A stretch of DNA of 64,000 nt from an uncultured Gemmatimonadaceae bacterium (GCA_963761305.1 CAVXGK010000002.1:288001-352000); one strand, 5' to 3'; positions 28,477 to 38,249 are shown, numbered from the stretch's first letter. Made by a program: numbers and translations. Notes: generated from the sequence alone by a model not told the origin.

Positions 28477-29232
28477 ATGCCCGCTTCCAACGTGGTTCCC
28501 TATCTCCTCGAGCTCGGCGACGACCGGCTCGTGCTCGGGCATCGCTTGTCCGAGTGGTGCGGCCATGGGCCGATCCTCGAGGAAGACATCGCGCTCACGA
28601 ATATCGCGCTCGATCTCATCGGCCAGGCGACGTTGTTCCTGAAGCTCGCCGGCGCGGCGGAGGGGAAGGGGCGGAGCGAGGACGACCTCGCGTTTCTGCG
28701 CGACAGCGCCGACTTCCGAAACATCCAGCTCGTCGAGCTGCCGCGCGGCGACTTCGCGACCACCGTCGTGCGGCAGTTGTTGTTCAGCGTGTTTTCGTTG
28801 CTCCAGATGGAAGCGCTCTCGTCGGTGGGCGACGCGGACCTTGCCGGCGTGGCCGCCAAGGCCGCCAAAGAAACGCGCTATCACGTTCGCCACGCCACGC
28901 AGTGGGTGGTCACGCTCGGCGATGGGACGGACGAAAGCCACGCGCGGGCGCAGACGGCGCTCGACGAGCTGTGGCGTTACACGGGCGAGATGTTCCTGCC
29001 TTCTTCCGCCGATGTCGATGCGGTGAGCGCCGGCGCCGGCGTCGACCCCGAAACGCTGGCGCCCGCTTGGCAGGCGCAGATCGGCGAGATCCTGCGCGTC
29101 GCGGGGCTCACGGCGCCGAGCGCGGGGTACATGCAGAGAGGCGGCCGCGACGGTCGCCACACGGAACATCTCGGACATCTTCTGACGGAAATGCAGATTC
29201 TCGCGCGGTCGCATCCGGGCGCCCAATGGTGA
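28477..29232 (+). CDS. paaC: Phenylacetyl-CoA epoxidase subunit C
   Basis: LGHRLSEWCGHGPILEEDIALTNIALDLIGQA, KETRYH, HTEHLGHLL.EMQ. Confidence 0.95.
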   Translation: MPASNVVPYLLELGDDRLVLGHRLSEWCGHGPILEEDIALTNIALDLIGQATLFLKLAGAAEGKGRSEDDLAFLRDSADFRNIQLVELPRGDFATTVVRQLLFSVFSLLQMEALSSVGDADLAGVAAKAAKETRYHVRHATQWVVTLGDGTDESHARAQTALDELWRYTGEMFLPSSADVDAVSAGAGVDPETLAPAWQAQIGEILRVAGLTAPSAGYMQRGGRDGRHTEHLGHLLTEMQILARSHPGAQW

Positions 29233-29735
29233 TGCGCGCTCCGCCCCAGTCGGCGAGCGCCGAGCTGCTCGAGATCCTCGAGGACGTGAAGGATCCCGAG
29301 GTTCCTGTGCTCAGCGTGGTCGAGCTCGGAATCGTGCGCGACGCGAAGCGCGCCGGATCGGGCGCGGTGGTGACGGTGACGCCGACGTACTCGGGCTGTC
29401 CCGCGATGCGCGAGATCGAGTCGGAGATTCGGCAGGCGCTCGCGGCGCGAGGGATCGATCCCGTCGAGATTCGAACGACGTACACGCCGGCGTGGACGAC
29501 GGATTGGATGTCGGACGGTGCGAAGGCCAAGCTCGAGGCGTACGGCATCGCGCCGCCTTCTTCGACACGGGAAATGGGCGTGGTGCAGCTCATGCGTCGC
29601 GCGCCCGCGGTGTCGTGCCCGCGTTGCCATTCACGGAACACGGAGCTGACGAGCGAGTTCGGGTCGACGGCCTGCAAGTCGCTGCGCGTGTGTCGCGCGT
29701 GCGGCGAACCGTTCGAGGAATTCAAGGCGATCTGA
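29232..29735 (+). CDS. paaD: Phenylacetyl-CoA epoxidase subunit D
   Basis: DPEVPVLSVVELG, TPTYSGCPA, WTTDW, CPRC, FGSTACK..C..CGEPFEEFK; TGATG overlap with paaC. Confidence 0.93.
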   Translation: MRAPPQSASAELLEILEDVKDPEVPVLSVVELGIVRDAKRAGSGAVVTVTPTYSGCPAMREIESEIRQALAARGIDPVEIRTTYTPAWTTDWMSDGAKAKLEAYGIAPPSSTREMGVVQLMRRAPAVSCPRCHSRNTELTSEFGSTACKSLRVCRACGEPFEEFKAI

Positions 29736-29788
29736 CGCCACCGGGCTCACCGACCAGATCGGTTACTCCGTTCGGGAAATTTTCTCGA

Positions 29789-29817
29789 TTGACGAATCGC
29801 GCGCGCAATTGCACTAT
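29789..29817 (+). promoter_or_regulatory. Sigma70-like promoter TTGACG-N17-CACTAT
   Basis: 5/6 match at -35, canonical 17-bp spacer, -10 retaining A2 and T6; AT-rich sequence upstream. Confidence 0.55.
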
Positions 29818-29823
29818 GGTCCC

Positions 29824-30100
29824 ACGCGATCGGACACGGTCTTAACCGTTCGCGTAAAGCTTCGGCGGGACGCTGTCCGAAGCGCTCGTGGGGCGGACGT
29901 TCGACGCCGCTTCACCGGTCACGAGGTCGCTGGACGTGACTGTCGCTTTGCAGAATTCCAGAGCACCGGGTGGGACCGATACCACACGGAAAAGGGAAGT
30001 CGATCAGGCCACGCACGACCGTGGCGTCGAACCAACTGACCGAATCCCGCCAGCGAGGATGAGCCCCTCAGGCCGCAGCGTGCTGCGCCTGAGGGGTTTG
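29824..30100 (+). ncRNA. Candidate stand-alone structured ncRNA (~275 nt), family unrecognised
   Basis: Lies between a promoter and an intrinsic terminator; many helices and a C(UUCG)G loop; no credible ORF. Confidence 0.55.
30064..30099 (+). terminator. Intrinsic terminator hairpin
   Basis: CCCCTCAGGC/GCCTGAGGGG plus GCAGC/GCTGC stem followed by TTT. Confidence 0.7.
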
Positions 30101-30109
30101 TCGCTCTAC

Positions 30110-30168
30110 GGGTGGACGGGTGGACGGGTGGACGGGTGGACGGGTGGACGACAGGTGGACGGGTGGAC
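30110..30168. repeat. Tandem octamer repeat (GGGTGGAC)x5 plus 2 further units
   Basis: Read directly; lies immediately after the stop of the minus-strand E1 gene. Confidence 0.9.
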
Positions 30169-30171
30169 CGC

Positions 30172-32346
30172 TCAGACGGCGAGTGTTCGCTCGAGGCGCT
30201 CGGCGATTCGATCCACGCTCGGAAGGACCGCGTCGAGCAACACCGGGTGATACGGCATCGGCACGTCCTCGACGGCGACTCGATCGACCGGCGCATCGAG
30301 CTGCCAGAACGTTTCGCGCGCCACCGTCGCCGCGATCTCGGCGCCGAACCCGGCCGTGAGGTTGTCCTCGTGGACGATCACGCAGCGACCCGTCTTCCGA
30401 ACTGAATCGAGCACGCACTCGCGATCCCACGGCGCGATCGTGCGGAGGTCGATCACTTCGACCCGTTCGCCGAGGCGCTCCGCCGCTTCGATACACCGAT
30501 GCACCAGCGCGCCCCAGGTCACCAGCGTCACGTCGCTGCCCTGGCGACGGATCGCCGCGCGGCCGAACGGCACCACGTACTCGTCGCCCGGATAGCGCGC
30601 GCTGCCGTCGCTCGTCATCAGCAGCGAGCGATGCTCGAAGAAGATCGTCGGATTCGCGCCGCGCATCGCCGACCGCAACAGTCCGGTCGCATCCGCAGCG
30701 TTCGACGGCATCGCTACCTGCCACCCATACGCGTGGGCGAACCGCACCTCGTCGCTCAGGCTGTGCCACGGGTCGCCGACGTCTTTGCCGAAGCCGCCCG
30801 GCATGCGAACGACGATCGGCGCCGCGAATCGGTTGGCCGTGCGCCACCGCAACGTGCCGCAGTTGTTCAACTGCTCGGTGGCCGGATCGGCGTACTTGCG
30901 AAACTGAATCTCGGCCACGGGCATGAGTCCCGAGATTGCCATGCCCACGGCGCGCCCGATGATGCCTTCCTCCGAGAGACTCGTGTCGAACACGCGCTGA
31001 TCGCCGAATTGCTTCTGGAGCCCTTCGGTGACGAGGTGCACGCCGCCTTTACGACCAACGTCCTCGCCAAACACGAGGCACTTCGGGTTGACCTCGAGCT
31101 CTCGGCGCAGCGTACGACGCACCGCTTCAGCGAATCGAACCACTTCACCCGACTCGCTCGCGCCTTCAGTGCCATCGACACGCGCGCGCTCTTCGCGTGA
31201 GAGACCGCCGAATGCTTCCGGCGAGTCCGGCGAATCGTCGGCGTAGACCCAACGCGCCACGGTGGCGGGATCCGGATCGGGCCGTGCCCGCGCGGCGTCC
31301 AGCGCTTGCTGAACGTCGCGTGCGACTTCGCTCTCGAGCTCGCGCCACTCTGCCTCGCTCATGAACGCGGGCACGAGATGCGCGCGCAACCGCGGCATCG
31401 GATCGCGCGCTGCATCGGCGGCGATCTCGGCGTCGGTGCGATAGCCGCGCTGGTTATCGGGGCCCGAGTGGTTGGAGAGTCGCGGCACGGTGAGCCGCAC
31501 GAGCGCCGGCCCGCCGCCGCGCCGAACGTGATCGACGCCCTCCGCCAGCAGCGCCGCCGCTTCGGCGGGATTCGTTCCGTCGCCGTCGCGCACGAGCAGG
31601 TTCCCGAACGACGCCAGATTTCGCGCGATGTCGCCGCCCGGCGTCTGCATGTCGCCGCGTACGGAGATCCCGAGTCCGTTGTCTTCGACGTAGAACAACA
31701 TGGGAAGCGACAACGTCGTCGCCATCGTGAGTGCCGACCAAAATCCGTTCGTCGCCACCGAGCCTTCACCGCCGAGCACGACACCGATCGCGCCTTTCCA
31801 ACTCGCGTCGTCGAGCACGTCGGCGTGATAGCGAATCGATTGCGCCCAGCCGGCGCACGGAGTGAACTGCGAGCCTACGTCGCCGGACATCGGCAGCACC
31901 ACGGCTCCATTGCGGTTCGGCAGGTTGCACACGACGCCGATGTCGCGCCCGTCGCTGAAGCCGCCGGATCGCCCCAGAGGACTGGCCAGCGCGTCTTCGA
32001 TGCTGAGTCCGAGCGCGAGGAGCAACGGCCGCGACCGGTAGTACGCGCTTGCCGCGTCGTGCGGGTGCGTCAGCAGCGAACCGAGAATGGATTGCGCGAC
32101 GTCGTGTCCGCGCGCCGAGAACTGGTAGAGCACGAGGTGTTCACGCGGCACGTTCGCGCGGTTCTTGTTCGTCGCCTCTTCGACGTCGTCGAGGGAGCGC
32201 GATACCAGCGCGTTGTATGCGATGCGACGCCAGTCGAACCGCCCATCGGGGGGGGGCGCAGTCATCGACGTCGCGGGAGCCGCGGCGGCGGAGGCCTTGC
32301 TACCCACGCGAGTCCGTGGGCCGCGTGGTGCCGGAAGTGTGGTCAC
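30172..32346 (-). CDS. Fused 2-oxoacid dehydrogenase E1 alpha+beta (TPP-dependent, branched-chain/aromatic-type)
   Basis: YYRSRPL, TPP motif GEGS..x..EDN, FGEDVG.KGGV, FDTSLSEEGIIG, EIQF, FFEHR, IDLRTIAPWD. Confidence 0.9.
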   Translation of the reverse strand: MTTLPAPRGPRTRVGSKASAAAAPATSMTAPPPDGRFDWRRIAYNALVSRSLDDVEEATNKNRANVPREHLVLYQFSARGHDVAQSILGSLLTHPHDAASAYYRSRPLLLALGLSIEDALASPLGRSGGFSDGRDIGVVCNLPNRNGAVVLPMSGDVGSQFTPCAGWAQSIRYHADVLDDASWKGAIGVVLGGEGSVATNGFWSALTMATTLSLPMLFYVEDNGLGISVRGDMQTPGGDIARNLASFGNLLVRDGDGTNPAEAAALLAEGVDHVRRGGGPALVRLTVPRLSNHSGPDNQRGYRTDAEIAADAARDPMPRLRAHLVPAFMSEAEWRELESEVARDVQQALDAARARPDPDPATVARWVYADDSPDSPEAFGGLSREERARVDGTEGASESGEVVRFAEAVRRTLRRELEVNPKCLVFGEDVGRKGGVHLVTEGLQKQFGDQRVFDTSLSEEGIIGRAVGMAISGLMPVAEIQFRKYADPATEQLNNCGTLRWRTANRFAAPIVVRMPGGFGKDVGDPWHSLSDEVRFAHAYGWQVAMPSNAADATGLLRSAMRGANPTIFFEHRSLLMTSDGSARYPGDEYVVPFGRAAIRRQGSDVTLVTWGALVHRCIEAAERLGERVEVIDLRTIAPWDRECVLDSVRKTGRCVIVHEDNLTAGFGAEIAATVARETFWQLDAPVDRVAVEDVPMPYHPVLLDAVLPSVDRIAERLERTLAV

Positions 32347-32506
32347 GTCTCGAAATCTGCCCCCGCGCGAGCAGCGATTCCAGCGCGCCCAGAAAGCGTC
32401 GCGGGCCGGGCCGGGAACGGGCTAGTTTCCACGCCAAGTAGAGGAGAAGCATTCCTGCAACAGACGATCGTCAGCGACCAATCGTCGCATTCACGGCTTC
32501 CGAGGC

Positions 32507-33289
32507 ATGCCCGACATTCTATTCGAAGTTGCCGACGGCGTGGCTACGATCACGCTCAACCGGCCCGACGTCCTGAACAGCTTCACCCGCCCGATGGCGG
32601 CCGCCATGCTGGACGCGCTCAACCGGGCGGCCGAGGACAGCGCCATTCGCGCCGTCCTCCTCACCGGCGCCGGCCGGGGATTCTGCGCCGGCCAGGACCT
32701 CGCTGAGGCTGCGCCAAAAGGCGAGGTCTTGCCCGACCTCGGCGATTTCGTGCGCGACGGCTACAACCCGATCGTGCGCGCCATTCGCACCATCGAGAAG
32801 CCGGTCGTGTGCGCGGTGAACGGCGTCGCCGCCGGCGCCGGCGCCAACCTCGCGTTCGCCTGCGACATCGTCTTCGCGTCGTCGACCGCGACCTTCATCC
32901 AGTCGTTCGCCAGGATCGGCGTCATCCCCGACAGCGGCGGCACGTTCATTCTGCCGCGCATTGTCGGGCTTCAGCGCGCGTCGGTCATGACGATGCTCGC
33001 CGAGAAGATGACGGCCGAGCAGGCGCGCGACTGGGGGCTCGTGTACATGGTCGTCGAGCCGCCCGCGCTCGTCGAGACGGCGCTCGGCACGGCCAAGTAT
33101 CTCGCGACGCAGCCGACGCGCGGACTCGGCCTCATCAAGCGCGGTTTCAATCGGTCCCTCGGCGTCGATCTCGAGACGCAGTTGGATTTCGAGGAGGAGT
33201 TGCAGCGCGAAGCCGGTGCAACCGCCGACTACGCCGAGGGCGTGCATGCGTTCCTCGAGAAGCGAAAGCCGGTGTTCACCGGCCGCTGA
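32507..33289 (+). CDS. paaG: 1,2-epoxyphenylacetyl-CoA isomerase (crotonase)
   Basis: LNRPDVLNSF, FCAGQDL, NGVAAGAGANLA, IPDSGG; paa context. Confidence 0.88.
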   Translation: MPDILFEVADGVATITLNRPDVLNSFTRPMAAAMLDALNRAAEDSAIRAVLLTGAGRGFCAGQDLAEAAPKGEVLPDLGDFVRDGYNPIVRAIRTIEKPVVCAVNGVAAGAGANLAFACDIVFASSTATFIQSFARIGVIPDSGGTFILPRIVGLQRASVMTMLAEKMTAEQARDWGLVYMVVEPPALVETALGTAKYLATQPTRGLGLIKRGFNRSLGVDLETQLDFEEELQREAGATADYAEGVHAFLEKRKPVFTGR

Positions 33290-34473
33290 TGACGCTCGAC
33301 TCGAACACGGTGGTCGGCGTCGTCGGCGCCGGCGCGATGGGAACGGGGATCGCGCAGGTCGCGGCGGCGGCGGGACACAAGGTAGTGCTCGCCGACGCGA
33401 CGTCGGGAGCGGTCGATCGTGCACGCGCATCCATCACCAAATCGATGGCGCGCGATCTCGAGAAAAGGCGAGTTACCAGCGAGGCGGCCGACGCGCTCGT
33501 GGCGCGCATCGAGTTTCACGCGGCGCCGCTCGATCAGGACGCGTTCGCGTTTCGCAATTGCGGGCTCGTGATCGAAGCGATCATCGAGGACCTGGACGCA
33601 AAACGCGCCCTGGTATGCCGTCTCGAGCACGCGGCGCCGAAAGCGATCTTGGCGACGAACACGTCGTCGCTCTCGGTGACCGCGATCGCGGCTTCGTGCC
33701 AGGAGCCGGAACGCGTGATCGGCCTTCACTTCTTCAATCCGCCGCCGCTGATGCCGCTCGTCGAGGTCGTCCCGCGAGTCGGTGGTGAGACGTCGCTCGT
33801 CGATCAAGCCGTGCAACTGATGCGCGCCTGGGGAAAAACGCCCGTCGTCGCGTCGGACACGCCGGGGTTCATCGTGAATCGTGTCGCGCGGCCGTTCTAC
33901 GGCGAGTCGATCCGCATTCTCGAGGAGGGCATCGCCGACTGTGCGACGATCGATTGGGCGATGCGCGACCTGGCGGGATTCCGCATGGGACCGTTCGAGC
34001 TGATGGACTTCATCGGCAACGACGTCAACTACGCGGTTACGCGCTCGGTGTATGAGGGCATGTTCCACGATCCGCGCTACAAGCCGTCGATCACGCAGCA
34101 GCGGCTCGTGGAGGCGGGACGGTTCGGTCGAAAGAGCGGCCTCGGATACTACGAGTATTCGTCCGACGCGCGGCCGGAGCCGACGAAAGACTCCGCCCTC
34201 GGCCAGCGCATCGTCGACCGCGTGCTCGCGATGCTGATGAACGAGGCGATCGACGCCGTCTACATGCGCGTGGCGTCGCCCGCCGACGTCGACCTCGCGA
34301 TGACGCGCGGCGTCAACTATCCCAAAGGATTGCTCGCCTGGGCCGACGAACTGGGTGCGCCGGCCGTTCTCGGTCGGATGGAACGCTTGCAGTCGGAATA
34401 CGCCGAGGATCGCTATCGTCCGAGCCCGCTGCTGCGCCGCGTCGCCCGAGAGGGAGGTCGGTTCATCTCGTGA
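33289..34473 (+). CDS. paaH: 3-hydroxyadipyl-CoA dehydrogenase
   Basis: GAGAMGTGIA, ATNTSSLS, GLHFFNP, PGFIVNR, GVNYPKG; TGATG coupling to paaG. Confidence 0.9.
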   Translation: MTLDSNTVVGVVGAGAMGTGIAQVAAAAGHKVVLADATSGAVDRARASITKSMARDLEKRRVTSEAADALVARIEFHAAPLDQDAFAFRNCGLVIEAIIEDLDAKRALVCRLEHAAPKAILATNTSSLSVTAIAASCQEPERVIGLHFFNPPPLMPLVEVVPRVGGETSLVDQAVQLMRAWGKTPVVASDTPGFIVNRVARPFYGESIRILEEGIADCATIDWAMRDLAGFRMGPFELMDFIGNDVNYAVTRSVYEGMFHDPRYKPSITQQRLVEAGRFGRKSGLGYYEYSSDARPEPTKDSALGQRIVDRVLAMLMNEAIDAVYMRVASPADVDLAMTRGVNYPKGLLAWADELGAPAVLGRMERLQSEYAEDRYRPSPLLRRVAREGGRFIS

Positions 34474-34925
34474 CCGCGTCGAAACCGACCACAGCCGACG
34501 CGCAGACCCTCGCCGAGCGAGTCGTGTCCGCAATGATGTCGCGCGACGCGTTCAGTCGGTGGCTGGGCATCGAGGTGTTGGAGGTTCGGCCGCGAGGCGT
34601 GACGATCCGGATGACGGTGCGCGATGACATGCTGAACGGGTTTGGCGTGTGCCACGGCGGTGCGGTGTTCTCGCTCGCCGACAGCGCGCTGGCGTTCGCA
34701 TGCAACACGCACGGCCGCGTGACGGTGAGCATCGAGAACAGCATTACGTATCCGACGGCCATTCGCGCCGGCGACGAGCTCACGGCGGTGGCCATCGAGG
34801 AGAGCGCGACCCGCAAACTGGCGTTTTACCGCGTCGAGGTGAAGCGCGCGGGTGCGATCGTCAGCATCTTTCGGGGGACCGTGTACGACACCGAGAAGCC
34901 CTTTTTCACCGACGAGCGCTCGTGA
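34470..34925 (+). CDS. paaI: Phenylacetyl-CoA thioesterase (hotdog fold)
   Basis: DAFSRWLG, MLNGFGVCHGG..FSLADSALAFACN. Confidence 0.9.
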   Translation: MTASKPTTADAQTLAERVVSAMMSRDAFSRWLGIEVLEVRPRGVTIRMTVRDDMLNGFGVCHGGAVFSLADSALAFACNTHGRVTVSIENSITYPTAIRAGDELTAVAIEESATRKLAFYRVEVKRAGAIVSIFRGTVYDTEKPFFTDERS

Positions 34926-36133
34926 CGCAGGCAGCCTACCTCATCGACGGAATTCGAACGCCGGTCGGCAACCTCGGCGGCGCGCTGAGCGAGGCGCGCC
35001 CCGACGATTTGGCCGCGCTCGTCATCGCCGAGGTGATGAAGCGCAACGCGGCGCTCGATCCGTTGCGCGTGAGCGACGTCGTGTTCGGCTGCGCGAATCA
35101 AGCGGGGGAGGACAACCGGAACGTCGCGCGCATGGCGCTCCTCCTCGCCGGTTTGCCGACGTCGGTGCCGGGTGAGACGGTGAATCGGTTGTGCGCGTCG
35201 GGGATGAGCGCCGTGATCAACGCGGCGCGCGCGGTGCAGGTCGGTGACGGCGATGTTTATGTGGCGGGCGGCGCCGAGAGCATGACCCGCGCGCCGTACG
35301 CGATGTCGAAAGGGAGCAAGCCGTTCGCGCGCGACATCGAGCTGTTCGACACGAGCCTCGGCTGGCGCTTCGTGAATCCGCGCATGAAGTCCAAGTACGG
35401 CACGGACTCGATGGGGCAAACGGCGGAGAACGTCGCCGAGCAGTATCACGTCTCGCGAGCGGATCAGGATCTCTTCGCGTTGCGCTCGCAGCAGAAGGCC
35501 GCGTCGGCGCGGTCGGCAGGGCGATTCCAGGGCGAGATCGTCCCCGTTCAGATTCCTCAGAAGAAGGGCGCGCCGAAGTGCGTGGACGCAGACGAGTTCC
35601 TCCGTCCCGACACGACGCTCGAGATTCTCGCCGCGCTCAAGCCGGCGTTCCGAGCTGAAGGCGGGTCGGTGACGGCCGGCAACTCGTCGGGGCTGAACGA
35701 CGGCGCCGCGGCGCTGCTCGTCGCGTCCGAGGCAGGGGCGAAGGAAATCGGTGCGTCGCCGATCGCGCGCATCGTGGCGAGCGCGGTCGCCGGTGTCGAG
35801 CCGCGGATCATGGGCATGGGCCCGGTGCCGTCGTCGCGACTGGCGCTCGCGCGCGCCAAGCTCACGCTCGACCACATGGACGTGATCGAGCTGAACGAGG
35901 CGTTCGCCGCGCAATCGCTCGCCTGTCTGCGCGAGCTGAAAATCGCCGACGACGATCCGCGCGTGAATCCCAACGGCGGCGCCATCGCGCTGGGCCATCC
36001 GCTCGGCATGTCGGGGGCGCGGCTGCTGCTCACCGCGGCGCGCGAGCTGCAAGCGCGCGGCGGGCGCTACGCGCTCTGCACGATGTGCATCGGCGTGGGC
36101 CAGGGAATGGCGACCATCCTGGAACGCGTTTGA
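34922..36133 (+). CDS. paaJ: 3-oxoadipyl-CoA thiolase
   Basis: GCANQAGEDNRNVARM, NRLCASG, NEAFA, GHPLG, MCIGVGQG. Confidence 0.92.
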   Translation: MTQAAYLIDGIRTPVGNLGGALSEARPDDLAALVIAEVMKRNAALDPLRVSDVVFGCANQAGEDNRNVARMALLLAGLPTSVPGETVNRLCASGMSAVINAARAVQVGDGDVYVAGGAESMTRAPYAMSKGSKPFARDIELFDTSLGWRFVNPRMKSKYGTDSMGQTAENVAEQYHVSRADQDLFALRSQQKAASARSAGRFQGEIVPVQIPQKKGAPKCVDADEFLRPDTTLEILAALKPAFRAEGGSVTAGNSSGLNDGAAALLVASEAGAKEIGASPIARIVASAVAGVEPRIMGMGPVPSSRLALARAKLTLDHMDVIELNEAFAAQSLACLRELKIADDDPRVNPNGGAIALGHPLGMSGARLLLTAARELQARGGRYALCTMCIGVGQGMATILERV

Positions 36134-36158
36134 CTTCTATGATGATTGTGAGGCTTTC

Positions 36159-38249
36159 ATGACGACGACAGCGCGGGCGCCGCGGTTGATCGGGGTCGCC
36201 GGAAGCGAGCCGCGACGGCTCGAGAACTTTGTGAACGGGCGTTGGGTGGCGGCGAGCGGCGCGGCGACCGACCTCTTTCACGCGGTCACCGGCGAAAAGA
36301 TCGCCGAAGCATCGACCAGCGGGATCGACTTCGGCGGAATGGTCGAGTACGCCCGTCGCGTCGGCGGACCCGCCCTTCGTCGCATGACGTTCCACGAGCG
36401 CGCGCTGATGCTCAAGGCGATGGCGCAGCGCCTCATGGAATTGAAAGAGGAGTTCTACGCGGTCTCCGCCGCGACCGGCGCCACGCGCACCGATTCGTGG
36501 ATCGACGTCGAGGGAGGCATTGGAACATTCTTTGCCTACGCCTCGCGCGGCCGGCGCGAGTTCCCCAACGAGACCTTCTATATAGATGGCCCGCCTGAGC
36601 CGCTCTCCAAGGGTGGCACCTTCATCGGTCGCCATATCTGCGTTCCCATCGAAGGCGTCGCCGTCCACATCAACGCCTTCAACTTCCCCGTGTGGGGAAT
36701 GCTGGAGAAGCTCGCGCCGACGCTGCTGGCCGGTGTGCCGGCCATCGTGAAGCCGGCGACGATCACGTCGTATCTGGCCGAGTCGGTGTTCCGCGCGATG
36801 ATCGACGCGCGGATTTTCCCCGACGGCGCGATTCAACTGCTCTGCGGCAGCGCCGGCGACCTCCTCGACCATCTCGACGCGCAGTGCGCGGTGGCGTTCA
36901 CCGGATCGGCGACCACGGGGCGCATGCTCAAGACGTCCAAGAGGATCGTCGACGAGAGCGTTCGCTTCAACATGGAAGCCGACTCGCTCAACTACTCGAT
37001 GCTCGGCCCCGACGCCGTCCCCGGCACGCCGGAGTTCGACCTCTTCGTGAAGGAGGTCGTGCGCGAGATGACGGTGAAAGCCGGGCAGAAGTGCACGGCG
37101 ATTCGTCGCACCATCGTTCCTGAGTCGGTGCTGCAGGACGTCATGGCGGCGATCGGCAAGCGTCTGGACTCGACGACGGTCGGCGATCCGGCGGTTGACG
37201 GTGTTCGCATGGGCCCGTTGGCGGGGCGCGCGCAGGTCAGTGAAGTGCGAAAGAGCGTGGACGCGATCGCCCGCGGCGCGGAGCTCGTGCACGGGAATCT
37301 CGACGACTTCGCCGTCGTCGGCGCGGATCGACAGCGCGGCGCGTTCTTTCCGCCGCTCTTGTTCTACTCGCGCGAGCCGCTCACCGCGCAGGCGCCGCAC
37401 GACGTCGAGGCGTTCGGGCCGGTGAACACGGTGATGCCCTACAAATCGCTCGACGACGCCATCGAGCTGGCGAAGAAGGGAAAGGGCAGCCTCGTGGGAT
37501 CGGTGTTTACGGCGGACGATCGCGTGGCGCGCGACGTCGTCATGGGAACGGCGGCATATCACGGCCGACTGGTGCTCGTGAATCGTGACAGCGCCAAGGA
37601 GTCCACGGGCCATGGTTCGCCGCTGCCGCATCTCGTGCACGGCGGCCCGGGTCGCGCCGGCGGCGGCGAGGAGATGGGCGGCGCGCGCGGCGTGCTCCAC
37701 TACATGCAGCGCACCGCGCTTCAGGGTTCGCCGACGACGCTGATGCACGTCGTCAACGAATACATGCCGGGCGCCGCGCGCACGACCGACGCCGTGCATC
37801 CATTCCGCAAGTATTTCGACGACCTGCACGTCGGCGACGCGCTGGTCACGGCTCGGCGCACCGTCACGGAAGCGGACATCGTCAACTTCGCCGGGATCAG
37901 CGGCGATTTCTTCTACGCGCACATGGACGACATCGCCGCGCGCGATTCATTATTCGAGGGGCGCGTTGCGCACGGGTATTTCGTACTGTCCGCGGCCGCG
38001 GGCCTCTTCGTCGATCCGGCGCCCGGGCCGGTGCTGGCCAACTACGGTTTGGAGAGTCTTCGGTTCGTGAAACCCGTGTATCCGGGTGATACGATTCAGG
38101 CGACGCTTACGGTGAAGCAGAAGACGCCGAAAGATCCGAAGCCCGACCAGCCGCTGCAGGGCGTGGTCGCATGGGACGTCGAGGTCAAAAACCAGACGGG
38201 AGAGCCGGTCGCCGTGTACACGATTCTGACGCTCGTTCGACGCCGGTGA
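36159..38249 (+). CDS. paaZ: Bifunctional oxepin-CoA hydrolase / aldehyde dehydrogenase
   Basis: [34 protein letters not shown]-terminal MaoC domain ([15 protein letters not shown]). Confidence 0.95.
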   Translation: MTTTARAPRLIGVAGSEPRRLENFVNGRWVAASGAATDLFHAVTGEKIAEASTSGIDFGGMVEYARRVGGPALRRMTFHERALMLKAMAQRLMELKEEFYAVSAATGATRTDSWIDVEGGIGTFFAYASRGRREFPNETFYIDGPPEPLSKGGTFIGRHICVPIEGVAVHINAFNFPVWGMLEKLAPTLLAGVPAIVKPATITSYLAESVFRAMIDARIFPDGAIQLLCGSAGDLLDHLDAQCAVAFTGSATTGRMLKTSKRIVDESVRFNMEADSLNYSMLGPDAVPGTPEFDLFVKEVVREMTVKAGQKCTAIRRTIVPESVLQDVMAAIGKRLDSTTVGDPAVDGVRMGPLAGRAQVSEVRKSVDAIARGAELVHGNLDDFAVVGADRQRGAFFPPLLFYSREPLTAQAPHDVEAFGPVNTVMPYKSLDDAIELAKKGKGSLVGSVFTADDRVARDVVMGTAAYHGRLVLVNRDSAKESTGHGSPLPHLVHGGPGRAGGGEEMGGARGVLHYMQRTALQGSPTTLMHVVNEYMPGAARTTDAVHPFRKYFDDLHVGDALVTARRTVTEADIVNFAGISGDFFYAHMDDIAARDSLFEGRVAHGYFVLSAAAGLFVDPAPGPVLANYGLESLRFVKPVYPGDTIQATLTVKQKTPKDPKPDQPLQGVVAWDVEVKNQTGEPVAVYTILTLVRRR

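Noticed and set aside
29966..29980. T-box-like GGGTGGGACCG
   Set aside because: No recognisable stem I and no downstream same-strand gene.
29990..30056. Cobalamin or c-di-AMP riboswitch fragments (AAGGGAA, CCGAATCCCG)
   Set aside because: Other conserved elements are missing and there is no regulated gene downstream.
30110..30168. Possible CRISPR array
   Set aside because: 8-bp tandem units without spacers; no cas genes in the window.
29888..30250. 120-aa ORF across the ncRNA candidate
   Set aside because: Runs through a terminator and the octamer repeat and overlaps the E1 3' end; not protein-like.
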